Positions 10,918-19,000 of a stretch of 64,000 nt of DNA are shown one piece after another (position 1 is the first letter of the stretch; every line of letters starts with the position of its first letter). Position numbers and translations under genes: made by a program. This DNA comes from Gemmatimonadota bacterium. GTDB taxonomy: Bacteria > Gemmatimonadota > Gemmatimonadetes > Gemmatimonadales > Gemmatimonadaceae. The notes beneath the pieces are model-generated. The model did no database searches. It was not told the origin of the DNA and saw only the letters and a list, made by a program, of their open reading frames with translations. The DNA lies in assembly GCA_031372565.1 (NCBI GenBank), contig JANMLN010000151.1, forward strand, positions 13,128-77,127, in the 5' to 3' direction.

Positions 10918-11895
10918 ATGCCCGCACTCGACGCCGTTCGTCCGATCACGCTCGCTGACATCGAAGCGGCGCGCGATCGCATTGCGGGCACGGTGATTCG
11001 CACGCCGCTGGTGCGACTCGACGCGGGCCCCGGTGCGCCGGAGATCTGGCTCAAGCTCGAGAATCTGCAGCCGACCAACGCCTACAAGTTGCGAGGGGCG
11101 GCCAACGCGGTGGCCATGCTGACGCCAGCTGAACGTGCGCGTGGTGTGTGGACCATCAGTGCGGGAAACGCGGGGCAGGGGATCGCGTACGCCGCGCTCA
11201 AGGCAGGTATTCCGTGCACTGTGGTGGTCATCGAGACCGCGCCGCAGGCCAAGATCGACCGGATGCGCGCGTTGGGCGCCACCCTCGTGCCGGTGCGCTA
11301 CGACCGCGCCTGGCAGGCGCTCGACGAGCGGTCGTATCCGGGAGTCGACGGGACGTTCATTCATCCGTTCGATGACGACGCCTTCATCGCTGGTCACGGG
11401 ACAATGGGACTCGAGATCCTCGAGGACTTGCCCACCGTGACGGCGGTGATCGCCGGTATTGGCGGCGGTGGCCTGGTGGTGGGCGTCGGCAGTGCCATCA
11501 AGGCGCTGCAGCCGAGCGTGAAGATGTTCGGTGCGGAGCCCGAGACGGCCGCGCCGATGGCGCTCTCGCTCGAGCAGGGATCGCCGCAGAAGTATGCGGC
11601 GTGGCAGCAGTCGTTCGTGGATGGTGCGGGCGGACAGTCCGTCTTTCCGCGCATGTGGGAACGGATGCGGCCCGTGATCGACGGCAGTCTCGTCGTGTCG
11701 CTCGACGAGGTGAAGCGAGCGATGCGCATGATGGCCGAGAAGGCGCGTGTCGTGTCCGAGGGCGCTGGCGCGCTGCCCTTGGCTGCCGCGCTCTCTGGTC
11801 AGGCCGCGGCCGGGCCGATCGTGTGCGTGGTGAGCGGTGGGAACATCGACCTCGCGAAATACATCGAGATCATCGGCGCCCCGTCGTCATCCTGA
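10918..11895 (+). CDS. threonine/serine dehydratase-like PLP enzyme (catabolic type, no ACT domain)
   Basis: RTPL, LKLENLQPTNAYKLRGA, SAGNAGQG, HPFDD, GGGGL, VVSGGNID. Confidence 0.92.
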   Translation: MPALDAVRPITLADIEAARDRIAGTVIRTPLVRLDAGPGAPEIWLKLENLQPTNAYKLRGAANAVAMLTPAERARGVWTISAGNAGQGIAYAALKAGIPCTVVVIETAPQAKIDRMRALGATLVPVRYDRAWQALDERSYPGVDGTFIHPFDDDAFIAGHGTMGLEILEDLPTVTAVIAGIGGGGLVVGVGSAIKALQPSVKMFGAEPETAAPMALSLEQGSPQKYAAWQQSFVDGAGGQSVFPRMWERMRPVIDGSLVVSLDEVKRAMRMMAEKARVVSEGAGALPLAAALSGQAAAGPIVCVVSGGNIDLAKYIEIIGAPSSS

Positions 11896-11987
11896 GCCCC
11901 CCCGTCGTCCTGAGCGAAGCGAAGGACCTGCTTCTCCTCCTCATCTCCCCCGTCGTCCTGAGCGAAGCGAAGGACCTGCTTCTCCTC
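11886..11987. repeat. REP-like short palindromic repeat, two tandem copies plus one truncated copy
   Basis: CCCCCGTCGTCCTGAGCGAAGCGAAGGACCTGCTTCTCCTC at 11899-11939 and 11947-11987 (period 48). Partial GTCATCCTGAGC at 11886-11897. Internal GTCCT...AGGAC stem. Lies between convergent genes. Confidence 0.85.
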
Positions 11988-11991
11988 GTCG

Positions 11992-13593
11992 CTACAACAT
12001 CGTCCCCACATGCACCGCCACCGCGCGGTTCGCACCCAGCGAGAAGCTGACAGCGCCTCCCACCGAGACCGTCACGCTCGTGCCCGCGCACACCAGACCG
12101 CTCTTCCCGCCCGTGATCACGTCACAATAGACCCCCGGCGCGAGTCCCGTCGGCGTCGCAACCGTCACCGCCGTGTTCTCGCGATTGATCGCGACAAACC
12201 CCATCGTGCCACGCGAGAACGCGATCGCGTTACTGCCGTTGTCCCACCAACGGTTCTGATCGGTGCCGGCCACGACCTTCCGGAACGCGACCATGCGGAG
12301 CAGGTGCGGGTCACGATGCTCGCACACCCAGTTACCGATGACCGCCGTCTCCAGCGCCGATGCGCACGTCACCGGCAGGATCTGCCCGCCGCCGTCTGAG
12401 GGCGGACCCATCTCGCGTCCGAACTGTGTCGACCGGTCGAATGTGTAGCTCGACATCAGCGAGGGAAAGCCGTACGGCTGCGCCAGCAAGAAGACATTGG
12501 CGAGACGGAACGTGTCGCCGGCGCGCCAGCTGACGCCATTGCCGGACCGCTGCGTGTCATGATTCTCGAGGAAGATGACCGCCTTGTTGCTGGCCATGAT
12601 CCCCCACGCGGTGGGAGAGAACTGATTGCCCGGCGTGCCGTTCGGATTGAGCTGGAAGAGCTTCTGCCCACCAAGTCCCGTGAACTTGTCGCCGAGCCCC
12701 GTGGTCGTGAATTCGGTGATGTCCGACGCGCCGCCGGACGAGTAGCCGACGCCGAAGTAGTCGCGTGTACCGATCGCTTCGCCGCCGCCGGCAATCACCT
12801 CGAGGAAGACGTAGGGGCGCGGGCGCCCGTCCGCCACCGCGTCCTGGTTCACGCGCACAATGATCGAGTCGAGTTCGACCTGCTGCATGTGCTTGGCCGC
12901 GTCGATGCGGAAGCCCACGACCCCCATCCGCGCCAGACTCGTGAGGTAGTCCGCGATCTTCGCGCGTACGCTGGCCGAGCCGGTGTTGAGATCGGGCAGT
13001 CCCAGCAGCTCGCAGTCCTGTACGTTGGCCGCAATGCGGTAGTCCGTCACCGTGCATGGCGCATGAAAGTCGGTCGGCGCGTACAACCCCGGGTAGCTGT
13101 ACTTGGTATACGCGGTGCCGTTGCTCCCCGTCCCCGGGCTGGGAAAGTTCGTCATGTGATTGATCACGGCATCGACGATGATCCCGACCCCCGCATTCTT
13201 GCAGCGCGTGACCATCTGCTGGAACTCGGCCCCCGTGCCCGATCGACTGCGCGCCACCGTGTAGCTCACGGGCTGGTACCGTTGGCTCCAGGTGCCGCTC
13301 GCCTGCACGCTGTGCTCCTGCGGCGGACTGATCTGCACCGCGTACACGCCAGCGGGGCCGAGCACGTTCTCGCACTCGGATGCGATGTCGAGCCAGCGCC
13401 ATTCGAACAGGTGCACGAAGACGTCGCCGGCGTCCGCATGGCCGGTGGGGCGATACAGCTGCGGCAGGGCGGGCCGCCCGGGCGGGAAGCTGATCGCGCC
13501 GGTTGGCGCCGTGTCGTCGCCACAGGACACCGTGAAGACGAGGTGCGCAACGGTCAGCGCGCGCGTCATGTGGTACGAAACGATCGATGTCAT
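11992..13593 (-). CDS. alpha-amylase GH13 (actinobacterial/animal-like subgroup), probable lipoprotein
   Basis: VHLFEW, QISPP, RYQPVSY, DAVINHM, GFRIDAAKH (Asp), FLEVI (Glu), ENHD (Asp), C-terminal GVYCDVITG beta domain; TVSC lipobox-like. Confidence 0.93.
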   Translation of the reverse strand: MTSIVSYHMTRALTVAHLVFTVSCGDDTAPTGAISFPPGRPALPQLYRPTGHADAGDVFVHLFEWRWLDIASECENVLGPAGVYAVQISPPQEHSVQASGTWSQRYQPVSYTVARSRSGTGAEFQQMVTRCKNAGVGIIVDAVINHMTNFPSPGTGSNGTAYTKYSYPGLYAPTDFHAPCTVTDYRIAANVQDCELLGLPDLNTGSASVRAKIADYLTSLARMGVVGFRIDAAKHMQQVELDSIIVRVNQDAVADGRPRPYVFLEVIAGGGEAIGTRDYFGVGYSSGGASDITEFTTTGLGDKFTGLGGQKLFQLNPNGTPGNQFSPTAWGIMASNKAVIFLENHDTQRSGNGVSWRAGDTFRLANVFLLAQPYGFPSLMSSYTFDRSTQFGREMGPPSDGGGQILPVTCASALETAVIGNWVCEHRDPHLLRMVAFRKVVAGTDQNRWWDNGSNAIAFSRGTMGFVAINRENTAVTVATPTGLAPGVYCDVITGGKSGLVCAGTSVTVSVGGAVSFSLGANRAVAVHVGTML

Positions 13594-13634
13594 GGTGCCT
13601 GCAGGGGTCGGATGATGATGTCCGCGGCGCGCGG

Positions 13635-15308
13635 CTACTGGCGGCATGGCGCGTGCGGGTCGGTGGGCGCAGGGACATCCCGTTTCGGCCGCTGCGGCAT
13701 GTTGCCGATCGCGAGCGCGGCTGCGTACACCATGCGCGTGACGCGCGCCATGTCGGGATAGCTGATGTACTGCGCCTCGTCGGTGACCTGATGGTAATCG
13801 AGGTGCTCGCCGCGCGAGATCGCGAGTGCCGGGATGCCGTATCGGGCGTAGTTGTAGTGGTCGGCGCGACAGTAATACTGCAGCGGGTGCCCGGGCTGGT
13901 CGAACGTGTAATCGAAGCGGAACGGAACCGGCTGGCGCGCGTTGACGGCCTCCAGCGTATCGCCGAACTCGCGCGAGATGCGACGCGCACCGACCACCTC
14001 GAGGTACTGTGGCGTGCCGGCGCCAGTCCCGTTCACCGGAAAGTCGTCCGCCTTGCCGCGCCCGATCATGTCCTCGTCGATCTCCGCAACGATCGAGTCG
14101 AGCGGGACCGTCGGATGATCGGTGAACCAGGCCGAACCGAAGAGCCCCGCTTCCTCTGCCACGTGATTGACGAACAGGATCGAACGGCGCGGACGCGCGC
14201 CGGTGCGCGCGAGCGCCTCGGCAACCTCCAGCAGCCCCACGGTGCCCGATCCATCGTCGTCGGCGCCATTGCGAATCGAGTCGAGGCGCGGCGGATGCAG
14301 GCGTCGCAGACTGTCGAGCAGGGCACGAATGCGCACCCACTCGGCGGCCGACGGCGGACGCACCGGCGAATCGGCCCCCATCGGACGGATCACGCGATTG
14401 AACGCGCGCACCGAATCGTGATCCACCGGCGCATGATCGAAGCCGACATGGTCGTTGTGTGCCGTGAGCGCGAGATACTGACCGGCGAGCGCAGGATCGC
14501 TCCCGCGCAGGATCGCGACGACGTTGCGCGCCGGATGCGCCATCGGGACGCGCGCAAAGTCGAGCCGCCCGCTCAGGGAGCGGCCAACCGTGCCCACCGA
14601 GAGCGTCGCAGGATCGCTGCCAAACAACTTCCTGGCTGCCGCGCGCGAGAGCCAGATGCTCGGCAGCAGCGTGGGGATGCGTGACGTGTCCACGACGGGC
14701 CGTCCTTCGCGCATGGTCGCGATGATCTCCGGGGGCGCGTCGTCCAGCACCACGAGCGCCACGGCTGCTGCGCCGCGCCAGCGCGCCCCCGAGACGATCA
14801 CCTGACGCAGGGAGGCGCCCGTGGGCAGGTCGAACACCACGACCTTCCCCGCGCTCTGAGCCGGCGCGATCCAGCCCGTGCTGTCGGTGGCGCGCCCGGC
14901 ATACACCACAGGCACTCCCGTCAGGACGGCCGCCGGCGCGTAGGCCTGCCTCGGCAGGAACTCGTCGCCCAGTCTGAGTGAGGCGCCATCGACGGTGAGA
15001 CGCGACTGCGGATCGACCTTGAGCGTGTACATCGGGACCGTCTGGAAGTACGTGCCGTTGTCGCCCGCGGGCTCAAGACCGAGCCGCTTGAACTCTGCGG
15101 CCACGTACGCCGCCGTCTGGAAGTTCCCCCGCGAGCCCGACTCGCGCCCCATCATCGAATCGTCCGCGATGAGGAACAACCGGAGGCGCAGGTCGTCCTC
15201 CGTGATCTCGGGGCGCGTGACGACCGCTGGCGCCGGTGGGCGTCCGGACGTGCACGAGGTCGAGACGACGGCGAGCGCGCAGAGCACGCGGCAGCGGAGA
15301 CGCTTCAT
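13635..15308 (-). CDS. M28 family peptidase with PA-like insert, exported/lipoprotein
   Basis: MMGRESG, TAHNDH, NGADDDGSG, AEEAGL, DMIG, RADH, DYHQVTD. Confidence 0.9.
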   Translation of the reverse strand: MKRLRCRVLCALAVVSTSCTSGRPPAPAVVTRPEITEDDLRLRLFLIADDSMMGRESGSRGNFQTAAYVAAEFKRLGLEPAGDNGTYFQTVPMYTLKVDPQSRLTVDGASLRLGDEFLPRQAYAPAAVLTGVPVVYAGRATDSTGWIAPAQSAGKVVVFDLPTGASLRQVIVSGARWRGAAAVALVVLDDAPPEIIATMREGRPVVDTSRIPTLLPSIWLSRAAARKLFGSDPATLSVGTVGRSLSGRLDFARVPMAHPARNVVAILRGSDPALAGQYLALTAHNDHVGFDHAPVDHDSVRAFNRVIRPMGADSPVRPPSAAEWVRIRALLDSLRRLHPPRLDSIRNGADDDGSGTVGLLEVAEALARTGARPRRSILFVNHVAEEAGLFGSAWFTDHPTVPLDSIVAEIDEDMIGRGKADDFPVNGTGAGTPQYLEVVGARRISREFGDTLEAVNARQPVPFRFDYTFDQPGHPLQYYCRADHYNYARYGIPALAISRGEHLDYHQVTDEAQYISYPDMARVTRMVYAAALAIGNMPQRPKRDVPAPTDPHAPCRQ

Positions 15309-15465
15309 GGCAGCGGAGGGTGAGAGTCGCCGAATTCTACGCGCATCGTCCCTCATGCGCGCGCGGGGCAGGCGTTGCGACTCGGGCCGCACGTGGCCCG
15401 CCCGCCGCTGGCGAGCTGCCAAGTCGCTAAACTTCACTCGATCTCACACGACACACTGCCGACTC

Positions 15466-16659
15466 ATGCGTTTCTCCTCACTGACTCATCGAATCGCCGG
15501 CGAAGGCACCGACGCCTGGATCGTTCACGATCTGGCGGTGGAGCGCATTGCCATGGGCGAGGACATCTTCCTCCTCTCGATCGGCGATCCCGATTTCGAT
15601 ACGCCAGCGCCGATCCGCGCCGCCGCCACGCATGCGCTCGATCACGGGCGCACGCACTACTCGCCGATCCGTGGCGAGCCCGCGCTGCGCGAGGCGATTG
15701 CGCAGCATGCGGAGCGCCTGATCGGCAGCCGCGTGGATCCCGAGCGCGTGATCGTGTTCCCGGGCGCGCAGGCCGCGCTCTTCGCCGTGGCGCAGTGCCT
15801 CTTCGATGCCGGAGACGAAGTCATCGCGCTCGAGCCCGCGTACGTCACCTACGAGGCGGTGCTCGGCGCGCCGGGTGCGCGCATGGTGCCGGTGTCGCTG
15901 CGTCCCGAGGCGCGCTTCCACTTCGAGGTCGACGCGGTCGAACGTGCCATCACGTCGCGGACCCGCGGCCTCATCGTGAACTTCCCGCACAATCCGACTG
16001 GCGCCTGCCTGACCAAGGCCGAAGCGGAGGCGGTCGCGCGCGTCTGCCGCACGCACGACTTGTGGTGCATCTCGGACGAGGTCTATGCCTCGCTCAACTT
16101 CGGCACGCCGCATGTGAGTCCGTTGGCGGAGCCGGGGATGCACGAACGCAGCGTGCTGATCTCCAGCCTGAGCAAGTCGCATGCGATGACGGGTTGGCGG
16201 TGCGGCTGGGCAATTGCACCGCTCGCGCTGGCCGCGCATCTCGATCATCTCGCGCGCGCCATGTTCTTCGGCGTGCCGCAGTTCATCCAGGACGCCGCCG
16301 CCGTTGCGGTGGCCTCCGGTGGTGAGGATCTCGAGCGCATTCGCGCGTCGTATCAGCGGCGCGCCGAGGTCGTGGTCGAGGCGCTGGCCGACGCGCCCGG
16401 GGTCCGGGTGCGGCTCCCTGACGCGGCGATGTACGTGTTCGCCGACGTGCGTGGCACGGGCCTGGACGGCAAGCAGTTTGCGCGCGGGCTGCTCGATGCC
16501 GAAGGCGTGGCGGTGACGCCGGGTGAAGGGTTCGGTCCCAGTGGCGCGGGACATGTGCGCATGACCCTCGGCGTCAACGAAGACCGGCTGCGCGAAGCCT
16601 GTCGCCGGATCGTGCGCTATGCGGCCAGCATCGCCCAACCCGCCGCCGCCGCACATTGA
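15466..16659 (+). CDS. PLP aminotransferase class I, AruH (arginine:pyruvate transaminase)-like
   Basis: N-terminus MRFSSLTHRIAGEGTDAW...LLSIGDPDFDTP resembles Pseudomonas AruH as I recall it; NFPHNPTG, DEVY, SSLSKSHAMTGWR. Confidence 0.85.
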   Translation: MRFSSLTHRIAGEGTDAWIVHDLAVERIAMGEDIFLLSIGDPDFDTPAPIRAAATHALDHGRTHYSPIRGEPALREAIAQHAERLIGSRVDPERVIVFPGAQAALFAVAQCLFDAGDEVIALEPAYVTYEAVLGAPGARMVPVSLRPEARFHFEVDAVERAITSRTRGLIVNFPHNPTGACLTKAEAEAVARVCRTHDLWCISDEVYASLNFGTPHVSPLAEPGMHERSVLISSLSKSHAMTGWRCGWAIAPLALAAHLDHLARAMFFGVPQFIQDAAAVAVASGGEDLERIRASYQRRAEVVVEALADAPGVRVRLPDAAMYVFADVRGTGLDGKQFARGLLDAEGVAVTPGEGFGPSGAGHVRMTLGVNEDRLREACRRIVRYAASIAQPAAAAH

Positions 16660-16663
16660 ACGA

Positions 16664-18199
16664 TTGACTCGCGTCCGCGCCCTGACGCATCTCGTTGCCA
16701 CGCTGCTGTCGGTAGCAGCGGGCGCGGGCGTCTGGCGGCTGACCGCGCCGCCTGGCCCGGGACTCGATCCCGATGCGATGAGCTACCTCGGCGCGGCGCA
16801 GTCGTGGGTGGCGGACAGCGGCCTGCGCATCCCGGCCGCACCGTGGGACGCGACACAGCCGACCGCGCCGCTCGCGCATTTTCCTCCGGGTTTCTCGCTG
16901 CTGATCGGCACGGGCGTCCGTGCCGGCTTCGCACCGATCGACGCCGCACGCATCGTGGAAGCGGGAGCGGCGATGGTGTCGGTCGCCGCCCTGACGCATG
17001 CGGTGGCTGTGACCGCCGGCGTGACGGTGGCCGTCGTGTGCATCGCCGTGCTGGCGTTGACGCCCGCCATGCTCGTCGTGCACGCGTCGGTCCTGTCGGA
17101 GCCACTCTTGCTCGCATGCATCGCGGTCACGCTCTGGGTGATGGCGGTCGTGAAGCACGGCGGGAGGCGCATCCTGCTGTTGGGTGCGCTCGCCGCGTGC
17201 GCGATCACGGTGCGCTACGCCGGGGCCGCGCTGGTTCTGGCTGCCATGCTCGATGCGTGGCGCTCGGCGGCGACGACGCGTGGGCGCGTGCGCGGTGCGT
17301 TGCTGGCGGCGGCGCTTCCGGTGCTGGCGATGCTTGCGTGGACGCTGGGCCGCGCGCGCGATCCCTACGCGGAACCCATCCGACAGACGGCGCTCTATCT
17401 GGCGGGGTGGGATCGGACGATCACCGAGGGGTGGGTCACGGTGCGTGGATGGCTCGCGCCGGGGGTCGAGTCGACGCTCGCTGCGACCGTCGTGGTCATG
17501 ATCGCCGGCGCGCTGTTCATCGCGCTCGTCGTGGAGCGCCGGCGCGTCGCGTCCGTCATCGCACCTGAGCCTCCCGGTGTGGAGGCGTCCGCGACGCTGC
17601 GCGGGGGGAGTGTGCGCATCGGCGCGTGCTACTTCGCGGTGGTGCTGGCCTCCCGGCTGCTGGCCGATGGCGAGATCCCGCTGGACGAGCGCTTGCTCGC
17701 ACCGTTGGGACTCGTCCTGACGGTCGCTGCCATCCTCCTCGTGGCGGAATGGATGCGCGCGGGCCGACCATGGCGCGTGGTCGCTGTTGCGAGCGTCGGA
17801 CTCGCGTGGAGCGTCGGCGCGTTCGCGCGTATGCAGTCGGACCTCGGCGAGTATCGCACGGACGGCGGCGACCTCTCCAGCATGCGATGGCGCACGTCCG
17901 CACTCGTCGCGTACACGCGCACGCACGGCGAGCCGCTCTACTCGAACGAGGTGCCGGCGCTCTGGTTTCACACTGCTCGCGCCGTGCATGAAGTACCCAC
18001 CGAACCAGATGAGCGCACCATCGCGGCGTTTCGCGCAAAGCTCGCGCGGGAGAACGGTGCGCTCGTGTCGTGGGAGTTTGCCGATGCCGACGTGCCGCGG
18101 ACGGACCGGCTGGTGCAGGGTGCGGGGCTGGTCGCCGTCGTGCACGACTCGACGGGCACCGTCTGGAAGGTGCCCAGGCCAGCGATCGAGCGGCCGTAG
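16664..18199 (+). CDS. polytopic membrane protein, GT-C (ArnT/PMT-like) glycosyltransferase-type
   Basis: Many hydrophobic segments; DPDAMSY, HFPPGF, LSEPL and RYAG patterns. TTG start 4 nt after the upstream stop. Confidence 0.6.
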   Translation: MTRVRALTHLVATLLSVAAGAGVWRLTAPPGPGLDPDAMSYLGAAQSWVADSGLRIPAAPWDATQPTAPLAHFPPGFSLLIGTGVRAGFAPIDAARIVEAGAAMVSVAALTHAVAVTAGVTVAVVCIAVLALTPAMLVVHASVLSEPLLLACIAVTLWVMAVVKHGGRRILLLGALAACAITVRYAGAALVLAAMLDAWRSAATTRGRVRGALLAAALPVLAMLAWTLGRARDPYAEPIRQTALYLAGWDRTITEGWVTVRGWLAPGVESTLAATVVVMIAGALFIALVVERRRVASVIAPEPPGVEASATLRGGSVRIGACYFAVVLASRLLADGEIPLDERLLAPLGLVLTVAAILLVAEWMRAGRPWRVVAVASVGLAWSVGAFARMQSDLGEYRTDGGDLSSMRWRTSALVAYTRTHGEPLYSNEVPALWFHTARAVHEVPTEPDERTIAAFRAKLARENGALVSWEFADADVPRTDRLVQGAGLVAVVHDSTGTVWKVPRPAIERP

Positions 18200-18288
18200 G
18201 CACACGCGCCGACGGGCGGTACGGGTGTGACGCGGAAGCCGGGGAGGCCGGCGCGCGTCGCCGTCCCGACGACCGTTCTGGCGCTCGG

Positions 18289-18319
18289 TACTGGACAGTC
18301 CAGAATAGACTGTGCAGTA
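18289..18319. promoter_or_regulatory. operator-like inverted repeat directly upstream of the YheO/DauR regulator operon
   Basis: TACTGGACAGTC-cagaata-GACTGTGCAGTA (11/12 arm match), overlapping a second palindrome CTGGAC-A-GTCCAG. AT-richer than the flanks. Confidence 0.65.
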
Positions 18320-18322
18320 TAG

Positions 18323-19000
18323 ATGAGGCCGACCGACCCCGATTCCTGCATGCCGAAGACCACCGCTGCGCGCCGTCGCCTGCTCGCCCGGACCGTTCCC
18401 ATGGCGGACGGGTTGGCCGCGCTCCTCTTCCCGTTCGCGGAAGTCGTCGTGCACGATCTGGCAACGCAGACCATCGCGCACCTCGTCAACCCGCTCTCGC
18501 GGCGCCAGGTCGGCGACGCCACCGCACTCGACGACATCACCTTCGATGACGACGACGGACTCATCGGCCCGTACGCAAAGACCAACTGGGACGGTGGCCG
18601 CATGCGCGCGATCAGCGTGCTCGTGCGCGACGACACACGCCGCCCCATCGGCGTGGTCTGCGTCAACCTGGCCACCTCCGCCTTCGAGCAGGCCCGGGCC
18701 ACGCTCGAACTCTTCGCACGCGGCGTGGAGGTGAGCCCGCTTCCCGCCAAGCTCTTTCGTGACGACTGGCAGGAACGGATCCTCGCCTTTCTCCATCCGT
18801 GGCTCGAGGCGCGGCAGCTCACCCTGGGACAACTCACGCGCGAACAGAAGCGCGAACTCGTCATCGCCCTCGATCGCACGGGCGCCTTCCGCGGCAAGAG
18901 CGCCGCGGACTACGTCGCGAACCTGCTCGGTATGGGGCGCGCCACCGTCTTCAACCACCGCAAGGCGGCGCGTACGACCGCCGCGAGGACCCGTCGATGA
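18323..19000 (+). CDS. YheO-like PAS + HTH transcriptional regulator (DauR-like)
   Basis: LFPFAEVVVHDL, N.LS.RQVGD, IGPYAKTNWDG, GVVCVN, LFRDDWQERI, GAFRGKSAADYVA..LGMGRATVFN. Alternative start at 18350. Confidence 0.9.
   Translation: MRPTDPDSCMPKTTAARRRLLARTVPMADGLAALLFPFAEVVVHDLATQTIAHLVNPLSRRQVGDATALDDITFDDDDGLIGPYAKTNWDGGRMRAISVLVRDDTRRPIGVVCVNLATSAFEQARATLELFARGVEVSPLPAKLFRDDWQERILAFLHPWLEARQLTLGQLTREQKRELVIALDRTGAFRGKSAADYVANLLGMGRATVFNHRKAARTTAARTRR

Noticed and set aside
11899..11987. Possible mini-CRISPR array
   Set aside because: Only two repeats, a 7-nt linker, no cas genes, and the sequence resembles a REP-like family.
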